From positions 840,001 through 872,000 of the forward strand of contig FP565575.1 in assembly GCA_000091165.1 (NCBI GenBank): DNA of 32,000 nucleotides, in the 5' to 3' direction. The translations under genes were made by a program, and so were the position numbers. Shown here piece after piece: positions 1 through 9,139 of the stretch; the stretch's first letter is position 1, and each line of letters starts with the position of its first letter. The DNA is from Candidatus Methylomirabilis oxygeniifera (GTDB taxonomy: Bacteria > Methylomirabilota > Methylomirabilia > Methylomirabilales > Methylomirabilaceae). The notes under the pieces are model-generated. The model did not search any database. It was given only the letters and a program-made list of their open reading frames with translations, and was not told the origin of the DNA.

Positions 1-165
1 GTTGAGGCGCAGCAGGTGGAGATTGCCAGCCTTGTGACGCTGCCGGCTCGTGAAGGGGCGAGGCGTCTTGTGATCTTGAGGCTTCGGACCATCAATCCTG
101 ACCCCGTCGTCAGAGCGTTGGAAGCGCGCGGCTATCCTCAGGTTGTCGGTGAGTTCGTACACTAA
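1..165 (+). CDS. C-terminal fragment of a protein resembling an ACT domain (possibly CBS-ACT/AcuB-like); 5' end outside window
   Basis: Frame 1 open from base 1 to TAA at 163-165; peptide ...EIASLVTLPAREGARRLVILRLRTINPDPVVRALEARGYPQVVGEFVH. Confidence 0.5.
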   Translation, partial: VEAQQVEIASLVTLPAREGARRLVILRLRTINPDPVVRALEARGYPQVVGEFVH

Positions 166-204
166 TACCCTCACCCGAACCCTCTCCCAGAGGGAGAGGG
201 GAAC
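166..204. repeat. Short hairpin repeat CCTCTCCC-AGA-GGGAGAGG
   Basis: Perfect 8-bp stem with 3-nt loop (181-199) directly after the stop codon at 165. Confidence 0.6.
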
Positions 205-266
205 AATGGGTTAGGGTGCGAGTGGAAATAGGCAAGGGATGTACGACTCAGGACACGAGTGCCGTC

Positions 267-1079
267 ATGCAGAAGATTCTCATGAGTGTAGACGGCTCGT
301 TCGCCGCAGAGGCGGGCGCGCGCTATGCCCTTGCGCTGGCCAAGGCCTGCGGAGCGGACCTTGATCTGCTCTTTGTTGCGGGGGATCAATCGGCCGGCGC
401 GATGAGAAGCGCCAAGGAGTCGCTGCTGCGCCTGCTTCGGCAGGCGCATGCGCTTGGTCTTACCGCGCGAAGCGTGACGGAGATCGGCGATCCGATCCGA
501 GTGATGCGGGACTACGTGGCGCGCGAAGGGATTACGCTGGCTATGGCATCCGTCACCGGACCGGAGGCGGCGCGTCGTCTCCTTCGCGAGGTTCCCTGCG
601 CCATGCTGCTGGTGCGGGTGGTCCATCCCGGACGGATGGCGTCGCCGCACGAAATTCTGGTCCCGGTCTACGGCGGTGAGTTTGAAGGCGGCGGCCTCGA
701 GGCGGCGGCCGATCTCCTGGCCAATCTTGGCGGATTCTGGCAGGCCCGTATCGTCCTTTTCCGGTTGAGGCAGCCGCTGGCGCGGCTGTTCGACCGCCCG
801 CGCGTTGGCGAGGAGACGCCGGAACAGGCGGAACGCACGCTGCGTCCGTTTATCGCTGCGCTGTCCCGCCGGGGTCTGGCGCCTGGGACGCGGGTCTCGT
901 TGGGCCGTCGTCACGGTCCTGGTATCACGGCTGAGGCGGCGGCCAGGCGTCATGATCTCATCTTTCTGGGGACGAAGGGGCCGAAGAGTGTTCTGCAATG
1001 GCTGCGTCGCGGAACCGTCGACCATGTAATGCGGAAGAGCCCGTGCGATCTGATGCTCTTCCGTCCCGCTGCCGCCTGA
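267..1079 (+). CDS. Universal stress protein, tandem UspA-like domains
   Basis: MQKILMSVDGS...; second half ends LIFLGTKGPKSVLQWLRRGTVDHVMRKSPCDLMLFRP, typical Usp C-terminal pattern; ATG267 preferred over the upstream in-frame start at 216. Confidence 0.8.
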   Translation: MQKILMSVDGSFAAEAGARYALALAKACGADLDLLFVAGDQSAGAMRSAKESLLRLLRQAHALGLTARSVTEIGDPIRVMRDYVAREGITLAMASVTGPEAARRLLREVPCAMLLVRVVHPGRMASPHEILVPVYGGEFEGGGLEAAADLLANLGGFWQARIVLFRLRQPLARLFDRPRVGEETPEQAERTLRPFIAALSRRGLAPGTRVSLGRRHGPGITAEAAARRHDLIFLGTKGPKSVLQWLRRGTVDHVMRKSPCDLMLFRPAAA

Positions 1080-1106
1080 GATCGTACGGGCGGGGGATGA
1101 GCGACC

Positions 1107-3860
1107 ATGCAGATTCACCGTCTGTCGGTCGAAGAGGCGCTGAAGGCTCTTGGAACCACCGACCAGGGGTTGAGCGAGGTCGAGGCGGAAAGACGACTCC
1201 GCGAATTCGGCCTCAACGCGCTTCAGGCCGCGGAAGACATACCGGTTCTGGCGATGCTGGGGCGGCAGTGTACGCACTTTCTGGCGCTTTTGCTGTGGGC
1301 GGCAGCAGCGCTGGCGTTCGTGGCCGATTGGATGAAGCCCGGCGAGGGGATGGATCTGCTCGCCTGGGCTATTATCGGGGTGATCGGGGTGAACGCCCTC
1401 TTCTCCTTCGTACAGGAGTACAAGGCGGAGCGAGCGATCATCGCCTTGAGGCGTCTTCTGCCGATGCGCGTGAAGGTCGTTCGGACCGGCGGCATCAGGG
1501 AGGTTCCGGCGTCCGATCTGGTGCCGGGTGATCTTACGATCCTGGCTGAGGGCGATCGAGTGCCCGCCGATGGACGGGTAATCGCCGCGGTCCAGTTCCG
1601 GGTCGACAACGCGCCGCTGACGGGCGAATCGATCCCTAAAAGCCGCACAGCGGAGGCTGCGGCGGCGGGGTCGCTTGCTGAGAGCGCCAATATCGTGTTT
1701 GCCGGCACCACCGTCCTCTCGGGGACGGCGAGGGTGGCCATCTTCGCCACCGGAATGAACACGGAGTTCGGCAAGATCGCCCACCTGACGTCGGGGATCG
1801 AGGCCGAATTGAGTCCGCTGCAGCACGAGATCCGAACAGTTACTCGACTGATTGCGGCGATCTCCATAGGTATCGGCTTCGCCTTTTTTGGACTTGGGGT
1901 GCTGATCGGCCGGAGCTTCTGGGAGAATTTTGTCTTTGCGGTCGGACTTCTGGTGGCCAATGTTCCGGAAGGCCTTCTCCCGACCGTCACCCTCGCATTA
2001 GCCGTGGGTGGGCAGCGGATGGCCAAACGGAAGGCGCTCGTGAAGAACCTGGTGTCGGTGGAGACGCTGGGATGCGCGACGGTGATCTGTACGGATAAGA
2101 CGGGGACCCTGACGGAGAATCGGATGGCTGTGACGCGCATCTACATCGATGGCTGCGAAATTCGCGTATCGGGGAGTTCCGTGACTACGGAGGCCGAAGA
2201 GCCGGTCACCCCAGACCTCCTGGAACGATGGGCGCCGCTGTTCGCCATCGCCGTCGGATGCAACAATGCCGGCCGCCGCCACGGTGAGGATGGAGCAGCA
2301 CCAACGTTTGTCGGTGACCCGACGGAGATTGCCCTCCTGCAGTGCGCGGACGCGTTGCGGCCGATCGGACCGGATCTGTTGCATCGAGTGGGGGAGTTCC
2401 CATTCGATGCCGACCGGAAGCGGATGACGACGATTCACGCGGCGTCGGCGAGCAGGGTGGCCTACGTGAAAGGCGCCCCGGAGACGGTATTGCCGATCTG
2501 TCGCTCGACATTTCGCGATGGGCGGGCGATCCCTCTGGGAGAGACCGAGCGCCAAGCGATTGTTGACCGGCTGAATGCGTTTGCCGGATCGGCGCTGCGG
2601 GTATTGGCCCTGGCGTACCGGGAGTTGCCTGGGGCCGACCGGCTGCCATTGATGGAAGAGGCAGAGCGGGACCTGACCTTCGTCGGCCTGATCGCCTTGT
2701 TCGATCCGCCCCGGCCGGAGGTTCCAGAGGCGGTAGCCCGCTGCAAGAGGGCCGGGATTAAGCCGATCATGATTACCGGCGACAACAGCCGCACTGCGCT
2801 GGCCATCGCGCGGACTATCGGGATGGTCCGCAATGAGAAGGCGCCGGTGCTTGAGGGCAGCCGGATCGAACAGATGCGGGACGAGGATCTTAAAGCCGCA
2901 CTTGCCGGTCCGGAGATTCTCTTCGCCAGGATGACGCCTACACAGAAGATGCGGGTCGTGACGCTCCTGAAAGAGATGGGAGAGGTGGTGGCGGTGACAG
3001 GCGACGGCGTGAACGACGCGCCGGCCTTGAAGAAGGCCGACATTGGGATCGCCATGGGGATCGCCGGGACCGATGTGGCCAAGGAGGCCGCCGACATCGT
3101 GCTGCTCGACGACAACTTTGCCACCATCGTGAACGCCGTCGAAGAGGGGCGGGCGGTCTATGAGAACATCCGGAAGTTTGTCACCTATATTCTTGCGAGC
3201 AACATTCCAGAGATTGTACCGTATCTGGCCTCAGTGGTACTGCGGATCCCGCTGCTGCTGACGATTATTCAGATTCTGGCCGTCGATCTGGGTACCGATA
3301 TGTTGCCGGCTTTGGGTCTCGGGGCCGAACCGCCGGACGCGAACACGATGGATCGTGCGCCAAGGTCCAGAAACGAGCGCCTGTTGAATTTCCCGTTGCT
3401 GGCCAGATCGTATCTGTTTCTTGGACCGATCGAGGCGGCTGCAGCCATGAGCGCCGGACTCTGGTATCTCACCGCCGGCGGTTGGGAGTGGGGCGTGGAC
3501 CTGCCGGTTGCGAGTCCGCTCTACAGGCAGGCGACGACGGTAGCGTTCGCTGCCATCGTGATCTGCCAGGTGGCCAACGTCTACGTGTGCCGGAGTCCGA
3601 GAACCTCGATTCTCTCTATGGGTCTCTTTACCAATTGGCTGATCGTCTGGGGTATTGCGGTCGAGTTGTTGATTCTCGGCCTGATCGTCTATAGCCCGAT
3701 CGGGCATCGGATCTTCGGGACCGACGCCTTTCCTGCCGGGTTCTGGTGGTTGCTGATCGGCTGTGCGGTATTGTTACTGCTTGTAGAAGAGGCGCGAAAG
3801 GGGATCGTTCGCCGTCTCGATCCGGTGAAAGGACTTCGTTATCAGGAGGGGACCGCATGA
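1107..3860 (+). CDS. Cation-transporting P-type ATPase, resembling type IIC (Na,K-ATPase-like)
   Basis: DKTGTLTENRMAV phosphorylation motif, TGES, NVPEGLLPTVTLALAVGGQRMAKRKALVKNLVSVETLG, TGDGVNDAPALKKADIGIAMG, SNIPEIVPYLA...DLGTDMLPA. Confidence 0.93.
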   Translation: MQIHRLSVEEALKALGTTDQGLSEVEAERRLREFGLNALQAAEDIPVLAMLGRQCTHFLALLLWAAAALAFVADWMKPGEGMDLLAWAIIGVIGVNALFSFVQEYKAERAIIALRRLLPMRVKVVRTGGIREVPASDLVPGDLTILAEGDRVPADGRVIAAVQFRVDNAPLTGESIPKSRTAEAAAAGSLAESANIVFAGTTVLSGTARVAIFATGMNTEFGKIAHLTSGIEAELSPLQHEIRTVTRLIAAISIGIGFAFFGLGVLIGRSFWENFVFAVGLLVANVPEGLLPTVTLALAVGGQRMAKRKALVKNLVSVETLGCATVICTDKTGTLTENRMAVTRIYIDGCEIRVSGSSVTTEAEEPVTPDLLERWAPLFAIAVGCNNAGRRHGEDGAAPTFVGDPTEIALLQCADALRPIGPDLLHRVGEFPFDADRKRMTTIHAASASRVAYVKGAPETVLPICRSTFRDGRAIPLGETERQAIVDRLNAFAGSALRVLALAYRELPGADRLPLMEEAERDLTFVGLIALFDPPRPEVPEAVARCKRAGIKPIMITGDNSRTALAIARTIGMVRNEKAPVLEGSRIEQMRDEDLKAALAGPEILFARMTPTQKMRVVTLLKEMGEVVAVTGDGVNDAPALKKADIGIAMGIAGTDVAKEAADIVLLDDNFATIVNAVEEGRAVYENIRKFVTYILASNIPEIVPYLASVVLRIPLLLTIIQILAVDLGTDMLPALGLGAEPPDANTMDRAPRSRNERLLNFPLLARSYLFLGPIEAAAAMSAGLWYLTAGGWEWGVDLPVASPLYRQATTVAFAAIVICQVANVYVCRSPRTSILSMGLFTNWLIVWGIAVELLILGLIVYSPIGHRIFGTDAFPAGFWWLLIGCAVLLLLVEEARKGIVRRLDPVKGLRYQEGTA

Positions 3861-4183
3861 AACCAAAGGGTGCGCTGACCACTGGGCGGCGCTCAGGGCA
3901 GACGCAAAAGCGACAGAGCCGATCGACTGAGCCTGAACGCGTAACGGAACTCGGGGAAGAGACCGAGAGGCCACTCGATGCTGAAGATATCGCATTGGCC
4001 TCGCTGGAGGCGCAGGTGCGGGCAAAAGAGGCGCGGGCGGATCTCGGCTCGACAGAGTTGAGCGCAGTGGTGGCCGTCCGCCTTCCGCATGCGCTGATTG
4101 TGCGCTTCGAGGCGGAGGCGACGAAGCGTTGCATTACTGCGTCTGAGTTGATCAAGCGGGCGCTTATCCGGTATCTGTCATAG
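3857..4183 (+). CDS. Small protein with C-terminal ribbon-helix-helix-like segment
   Basis: ATGA overlap with ATPase stop (3857-3860); C-term SAVVAVRLPHALIVRFEAEATKRCITASELIKRALIRYL resembles CopG/Arc RHH. Confidence 0.6.
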   Translation: MKPKGALTTGRRSGQTQKRQSRSTEPERVTELGEETERPLDAEDIALASLEAQVRAKEARADLGSTELSAVVAVRLPHALIVRFEAEATKRCITASELIKRALIRYLS

Positions 4184-4274
4184 CAGGTCTGGTGACGCCT
4201 GTCTGTCCACCGGGTGGACGAATGATAATTGATAGCATGAACAGGTATTACGTGATCGTACCACTCACTGTCTG

Positions 4275-4370
4275 GTCATTGCGAGCGACCAACGGGAGCG
4301 TGGCAATCTCACCGTTGTTATTCTGAAGGACTGTGAGATTGCTTCGGTCGCTGCGCTCCCTCGCAATGAC
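4275..4370. repeat. Long imperfect inverted repeat, dispersed-repeat/MITE-like
   Basis: GTCATTGCGAG...GGCAATCTC / GAGATTGC...CTCGCAATGAC around a ~20-nt centre. Confidence 0.75.
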
Positions 4371-4420
4371 GCCGGTGAGGGGAGCTTTCTAACCAATACA
4401 CAGCCAAAGGAGGCGCTCTC

Positions 4421-4984
4421 ATGCTGGCCGGGTTTCCAAAGCAGGTGACACTTCAGACCGGAACAGAGGTTACAATTCGCCCAATGGTCCAAGAGGATGC
4501 GAAAAGGCTTCACGAATTTTTCTGCAGGCTGCCGCGCGAGGATCGTCTCTTTCTGCGGGACGACGTCTCCCTCCGGGAGGTGATCGATGCGTGGACGGAA
4601 GAGCTGGACTACGAGAAGGTCCTGCCGCTTGTGGCGGAGGTAGACGACACCATCGTGGCGGACGCCACGTTGCACCGCCGAAAATTCGGCTGGACCAGCC
4701 ACGTGGGCAAGGTGCGCCTGGCCGTCGATACCGACTATCGGGCGAAGGGCCTTGGGACGCGTATGCTCGAGGCGCTGATCGAGACCGCCAGAAAGGCCGG
4801 CCTGGAAATTCTCGTCGCCGAAATCATGGGAGGTCAGACGGAGGCGCTGAAAATCCTTAAGCATTTGGGATTTACAAAGGAGGCGGTCTTCTACAACTAT
4901 GTCAAAGATCAGATCGGAGAGGAGCACGACCTTGTGGTTATGATGAAGAACCTGCAGATCGAGCCGGTCATGGTGCCGTTTTAA
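4421..4984 (+). CDS. GNAT family N-acetyltransferase
   Basis: VRLAVDTDYRAKGLGTRMLEALIETARKAGLEILVAEIMGGQTEALKILKHLGF matches the GNAT acetyl-CoA binding pattern. Confidence 0.85.
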   Translation: MLAGFPKQVTLQTGTEVTIRPMVQEDAKRLHEFFCRLPREDRLFLRDDVSLREVIDAWTEELDYEKVLPLVAEVDDTIVADATLHRRKFGWTSHVGKVRLAVDTDYRAKGLGTRMLEALIETARKAGLEILVAEIMGGQTEALKILKHLGFTKEAVFYNYVKDQIGEEHDLVVMMKNLQIEPVMVPF

Positions 4985-5043
4985 TGTCAGGGGAACACCT
5001 CATGAGGTGATGTCGTGCCACGGTACACGAAGACCCCCTCAAT

Positions 5044-5162
5044 CCCCCTTTACGAAAGGGGGAGATAAGGAAACAGAGAAGTCCCCCCCTTTTTTTTGAA
5101 AGGGGGGTCCAGGGGGGTTTGTCTGAAGCTGAGGCTAAACGCTGATTGCTGAACGCTAGTTC
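5044..5162. repeat. Dispersed hairpin-containing repeat, copy A
   Basis: CCCCCTTTACGAAAGGGGG hairpin, a second C-run/G-run hairpin (5083-5107), then GTTTGTCTGAAGCTG...CGCTGATTGCTGAACGCTAGTTC, also found near 19508-19620. Confidence 0.8.
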
Positions 5163-5176
5163 CGAAGGAATAGTCC

Positions 5177-5323
5177 ATGAAGCTGGTGATTAAGGTAAAG
5201 CCGCCCAAGGGACGGGTTCCCCATCGGCCGACAAGGATAGAGCCGGAGCGGGCTCGCTACGATCGGAAGCGAGGCAAGCAAGCGATTCTGAAGGAGTTAA
5301 AAACAGAAGGCGAGACTCACTGA
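5177..5323 (+). CDS. Small basic 48-aa protein of unknown function
   Basis: MKLVIKVKPPKGRVPHRPTRIEPERARYDRKRGKQAILKELKTEGETH; AAGGA at 5165-5169, 7 nt before ATG; not in the supplied ORF track (too short). Confidence 0.45.
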   Translation: MKLVIKVKPPKGRVPHRPTRIEPERARYDRKRGKQAILKELKTEGETH

Positions 5324-5357
5324 GATCGATACACCACAACACGACGAGAGTGAGACC

Positions 5358-7829
5358 ATGATGAATCCGTTGACACCTGATGCGCTTCGCAAGGTCTGTC
5401 CGCCGGAAAGCCTCCCGTTTGAAGGGACGGATGAGCTCACACCCCTGGAAGAGGTCGTCGCTCAGGACCGCGCGGTCGAGGCCATCACCTTCGGTGTCGG
5501 CATCCGCTGCGAAGGGTTTAATCTCTTCGTCCTGGGGCCTGCCGGAACCGGCAAGACCACGGCGATCAAGCGCTTCCTGGCCAGCGAGGCGGCGAAGCTC
5601 CCGACCCCTCCCGATTGGTGCTATGTGAATAACTTCGCCGACCCGCAACGCCCCCGCGCGCTCTGCCTTCCTCCCGGTCGCGCCCACCTCTTCCAGGCCG
5701 ACTGCGAGCGGCTTCTGGCTGAGCTGAAGACTGGCGTCCCCAGAGCCTTCGAATCCGAGGCCTATGAACAGAACCGCCAGATCATCCTGGAGGAGTTGCA
5801 GAAACAGACGAGCGACGAGTTGGAGGCGTTGCGAAAGCGAGCAGAGGCGCTCGGATTTGGGCTTGCCAAGACCGCTAGCGGCTTTATGATCGTCCCGATG
5901 TTGAGGGGGAAGCCGTTGAAACCTGAAGGGTTCGAAGGCCTTGATGAGGAGACCAGGCAGCAGGTCACTCTCAGAATGGAGGAAGTGCAGAAGGATCTGG
6001 CCGCAACGCGCCGACGGATCCGCGACCTGGAGCGGGAGGCGAAGAACCGCCTTGACGGGATAGACCGGGAGGTTGCAACCTCCGCGGTGGATCACCTGAT
6101 CGAGGAGGTCAAAGACGGGTACGCCGAACACGCTGCTGTGCAGGCGCACCTCGAGGCGATACGCGAGGACGTCATCGCCAACGTCGATCTGTTTCGTCGG
6201 GATCAAAGCGTGGCGCAGGGACTACCGGATCCGACAGCGATGCTGCGGCAAGGGTTGGACCCTTTCGACCGGTATCGGGTGAACGTCCTGATTGAACATC
6301 GGGAGGATGGCGGCGCGCCGGTCGTTGTCGAACCGCACCCCACCTGTCAGAACCTGTTGGGGCGGGTCGAACACCAGGTTCACATGGGTGCGCTTTACAC
6401 TAATTTTCTGATGGCCAAGGCGGGGGCCTTGCACCGGGCTAATGGGGGCTTTCTGGTCCTGGAGGGTATGGAGTTGCTCAAGCAGTTCTTTGCGTGGGAC
6501 CAATTGAAACGGACACTCAAGAATCGCCGGATCAGGATCGAAGAGCCGGGGGAGCAGTTCCGTCTTTACAGCACAGTCACGCTTGAGCCCGATCCGATCC
6601 CTCTCAACGTGAAGGTGGTCCTCATCGGCAGCCCGTGGCTCTACTACCTGTTGCACGCCTATGACCCGGAGTTTCAGGAACTGTTCAAGGTCCAGGCCGA
6701 ATTCAGTGATCGCGTGGCTCGGACGCCTGACACGATTCTGACCTTTGCCCGCCTGCTGTCCACCTGTTGTGAGGCCGAGAAGCTCAAACCGTTCGACCGG
6801 GGCGCAGTCGCGAAGCTGGTAGAGCACAGCTCGCGGCTGGTGGAGGATCAGGAAAAGCTTGCCACGGCGTTCAGTCATCTCCTGGATGTGGCCCGCGAGG
6901 CCTGTTTCCTAGCCGGGCAGAACGGGCACGATCGGGTCACGGCAGAGGATGTGCAGCGTGCGATTTCCGCCAAGATCAGGCGCGCCAATCGACTGGATGA
7001 ACAGTTGCAGGAATTGATCGTTGAGCGGACCCTGCTGGTCGATACCGATGGCGCGGTGGTGGGACAAGTCAATGGAATCGCCATAATCCAGCTTGGGGAG
7101 TATCACTTCGGCAAGCCGAGTCGAATTACGGCGCGCACCTTTCTCGGGCGCGGCGGTATCATCGACATCGAGCGTGAAGCGCGAATGGGCGGCCGTATTC
7201 ACAGTAAGGGCGTACTGATCCTTTCAGGCTATCTCGGCGGCCGCTATGTGCAGCAGGCGCCCCTTGCCCTGTCGGCCAGTCTTGCCTTCGAACAGGTGTA
7301 TGAGGAGGTGGAAGGCGACAGTGCGTCGTCAGCGGAGTTATACGCAATCCTTTCCAGTCTGTCGGGGTTGCCGATCAAGCAGGGATTTGCGGTGACAGGC
7401 TCGGTAAATCAGCGGGGAGAGGTTCAGGCGATCGGGGCCGTCAATGCCAAGATCGAGGGGTTTTTTGATGTCTGCCGCGCAAGGGGATTGACGGGAGAGC
7501 AGGGCGTACTGATTCCGGCGAGTAATGTCCGGCATCTCATGCTCAGGGAGGATGTTGTGGAGGCGGTCGCTGCGGGGCAATTTCAAATCTTTCCCGTTCG
7601 GACTATCGATGAGGGGATTGCCTTGCTGACCGGACGGGAAGCGGGCGAGCGTGGCCCGGATGGAATCTTTCCTGAAGACAGCGTGAATGGACTGGTGCAG
7701 GGGCGGCTGCGCGAAATGGCGGAGCAGGCGCGCGCCTACGGCGGCGAGACCCCGGCGGTGTCGCATCAGGTAGACCGCCATGACGAAGTCGAATCGACAA
7801 TATCTCACTCAATCCGGACGCGGTCATGA
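5358..7829 (+). CDS. Lon-like ATP-dependent protease (AAA + S16 peptidase domain)
   Basis: Walker A GPAGTGKT; catalytic-Ser region EVEGDSASSAELYAILSSLSGLPIKQGFAVTGSVNQRGEVQAIGAVNAKIEGFFDVC. Confidence 0.9.
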   Translation: MMNPLTPDALRKVCPPESLPFEGTDELTPLEEVVAQDRAVEAITFGVGIRCEGFNLFVLGPAGTGKTTAIKRFLASEAAKLPTPPDWCYVNNFADPQRPRALCLPPGRAHLFQADCERLLAELKTGVPRAFESEAYEQNRQIILEELQKQTSDELEALRKRAEALGFGLAKTASGFMIVPMLRGKPLKPEGFEGLDEETRQQVTLRMEEVQKDLAATRRRIRDLEREAKNRLDGIDREVATSAVDHLIEEVKDGYAEHAAVQAHLEAIREDVIANVDLFRRDQSVAQGLPDPTAMLRQGLDPFDRYRVNVLIEHREDGGAPVVVEPHPTCQNLLGRVEHQVHMGALYTNFLMAKAGALHRANGGFLVLEGMELLKQFFAWDQLKRTLKNRRIRIEEPGEQFRLYSTVTLEPDPIPLNVKVVLIGSPWLYYLLHAYDPEFQELFKVQAEFSDRVARTPDTILTFARLLSTCCEAEKLKPFDRGAVAKLVEHSSRLVEDQEKLATAFSHLLDVAREACFLAGQNGHDRVTAEDVQRAISAKIRRANRLDEQLQELIVERTLLVDTDGAVVGQVNGIAIIQLGEYHFGKPSRITARTFLGRGGIIDIEREARMGGRIHSKGVLILSGYLGGRYVQQAPLALSASLAFEQVYEEVEGDSASSAELYAILSSLSGLPIKQGFAVTGSVNQRGEVQAIGAVNAKIEGFFDVCRARGLTGEQGVLIPASNVRHLMLREDVVEAVAAGQFQIFPVRTIDEGIALLTGREAGERGPDGIFPEDSVNGLVQGRLREMAEQARAYGGETPAVSHQVDRHDEVESTISHSIRTRS

Positions 7830-7928
7830 AGATGACGCCGAAGATGTTGGAGGTAGAACAGGCGACCGGCGTGAGGGGCACGGGGTAAAGTGTGAGAAGT
7901 AAGGAGCAAGAAGGTCAGGAGGTGTGAG

Positions 7929-8453
7929 ATGACGGGTGGCAAGGTTCCGGTCAAGTCGGTCAAGAAGGTTGGTTCGCTGCTGAGCGAGCTGCTGGAGGTC
8001 GAGCGGCGAGTATCTGAGCGCGCCCATGAGCTCTTCAGAGATCAGGGTTGGCAAGCCGGCCGCGAGTGTGAGTATTGGCTGCAGGCCGAAAAGGAGCTGC
8101 TATGGCGGCCGTGCGCGGAGTTGGTCGAGACCGACGGAGAACTTCGAGTCAGCTTCGCCCTGGCCGGCCTGACTGCCAGGAATGTAAAGGTGCTGGTTGA
8201 ACCCAACCACCTGACGGTGCGAGCGGCCACAGCGCACGAAGACAGGAAAGAAGAGGGGACTTGCCACTTCTGCGAGTTTCATCGTGGGGAGCTGTACCGG
8301 TCAATGGCGTTGCCGAGTACCGTCATTCCGGAGAAGGTTCAGGCGGAGATGAAAGAGGGCATGCTGACCGTTGTACTTCCAAAGGGGAACGGATCCGGCG
8401 GTGGGAAGGTCCGGATAAAGAGAGCGTTGACGAGGACGCGCGTGGAATCTTGA
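7929..8453 (+). CDS. Hsp20/alpha-crystallin protein with N-terminal DUF2934-like segment
   Basis: VSERAHELFRDQGWQAGRECEYWLQAEKEL (DUF2934-like), then alpha-crystallin-like ELRVSFALAGLTARNVKVLVEPNHLTV...LYRSMALPSTVIPEKVQAEMKEGMLTVVLPK. Confidence 0.8.
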   Translation: MTGGKVPVKSVKKVGSLLSELLEVERRVSERAHELFRDQGWQAGRECEYWLQAEKELLWRPCAELVETDGELRVSFALAGLTARNVKVLVEPNHLTVRAATAHEDRKEEGTCHFCEFHRGELYRSMALPSTVIPEKVQAEMKEGMLTVVLPKGNGSGGGKVRIKRALTRTRVES

Positions 8454-8586
8454 CGTGAGCGGACTCACGACCTCATCACACATAACCTGTCGCTATCGGT
8501 CACGGTCGAGTCGGGTGTAAGGCCATCGTAACGGCGCGCAGAGGCCTCGGCACAGAGGCTATCGCCTGCGGGCAGGAGGTGCGATC

Positions 8587-9072
8587 ATGACAATTCCAGC
8601 ACGGGTACGCGAGTGGTTGGATCAGCAGCAGGTACGGTACGAGATTATCCCCCACAGGGAGGTGTACACGGCTCAGGAGGTGGCCGGCGCCACGCATATC
8701 CCCGGTCGGGCCTATGCCAAGGTGGTCATTCTGAAAGGGCGGCAAGGCTTGATGATGGCGGTTCTTCCGGCTATGTGCCGATTGGACATCGTTCGGATGC
8801 GGCATGTCGTCAACGACAACACGGCGAGTCTGGACCCGGAGGCCGATTTCGCGCAGACATTTGCCGGCTGCGAGCCTGGGGCCATGCCTGCCTTCGGCAA
8901 CCTCTACGGGATCCCAGTGTACTGCGATCAGCACTTGACGCGGGAGACGACGATCACCTTCCCGGCGGGGAGCCACCACGAGGTGATCCGGATCGCATCC
9001 AAGGACTTTCTTCGAATAACGGGCGCTCAGGTACAGGAGATCTGCACAAACGCGCAAGAACAAGCCGCGTGA
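8587..9072 (+). CDS. YbaK/EbsC-type aminoacyl-tRNA deacylase
   Basis: RYEIIPHREVYTAQEVAGATHIPGRAYAKVVILKGRQGLMMAVLPA... typical of the YbaK fold. Confidence 0.85.
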   Translation: MTIPARVREWLDQQQVRYEIIPHREVYTAQEVAGATHIPGRAYAKVVILKGRQGLMMAVLPAMCRLDIVRMRHVVNDNTASLDPEADFAQTFAGCEPGAMPAFGNLYGIPVYCDQHLTRETTITFPAGSHHEVIRIASKDFLRITGAQVQEICTNAQEQAA

Positions 9073-9095
9073 ATCGGGTGTAAGACGGCGCAAGC

Positions 9096-9133
9096 AGAAG
9101 GCCCCTTGACGGCGCGGGCCGAAGGGGCCTTCT
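9096..9133. terminator. Bidirectional terminator-like hairpin between convergent genes
   Basis: AGAAGGCCCCTT (9096-9107) pairs with AAGGGGCCTTCT (9122-9133), 12-bp perfect stem. Confidence 0.75.
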
Positions 9134-9139
9134 GATCTC

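Noticed and set aside
171-1826. 551-aa minus-strand ORF
   Set aside because: Antisense to the well-supported USP and P-type ATPase genes; low-complexity Arg/Gly-rich product typical of high-GC shadow ORFs.
5190-6206. 338-aa minus-strand ORF
   Set aside because: Entirely antisense to the Lon-like protease region with no recognisable domain.
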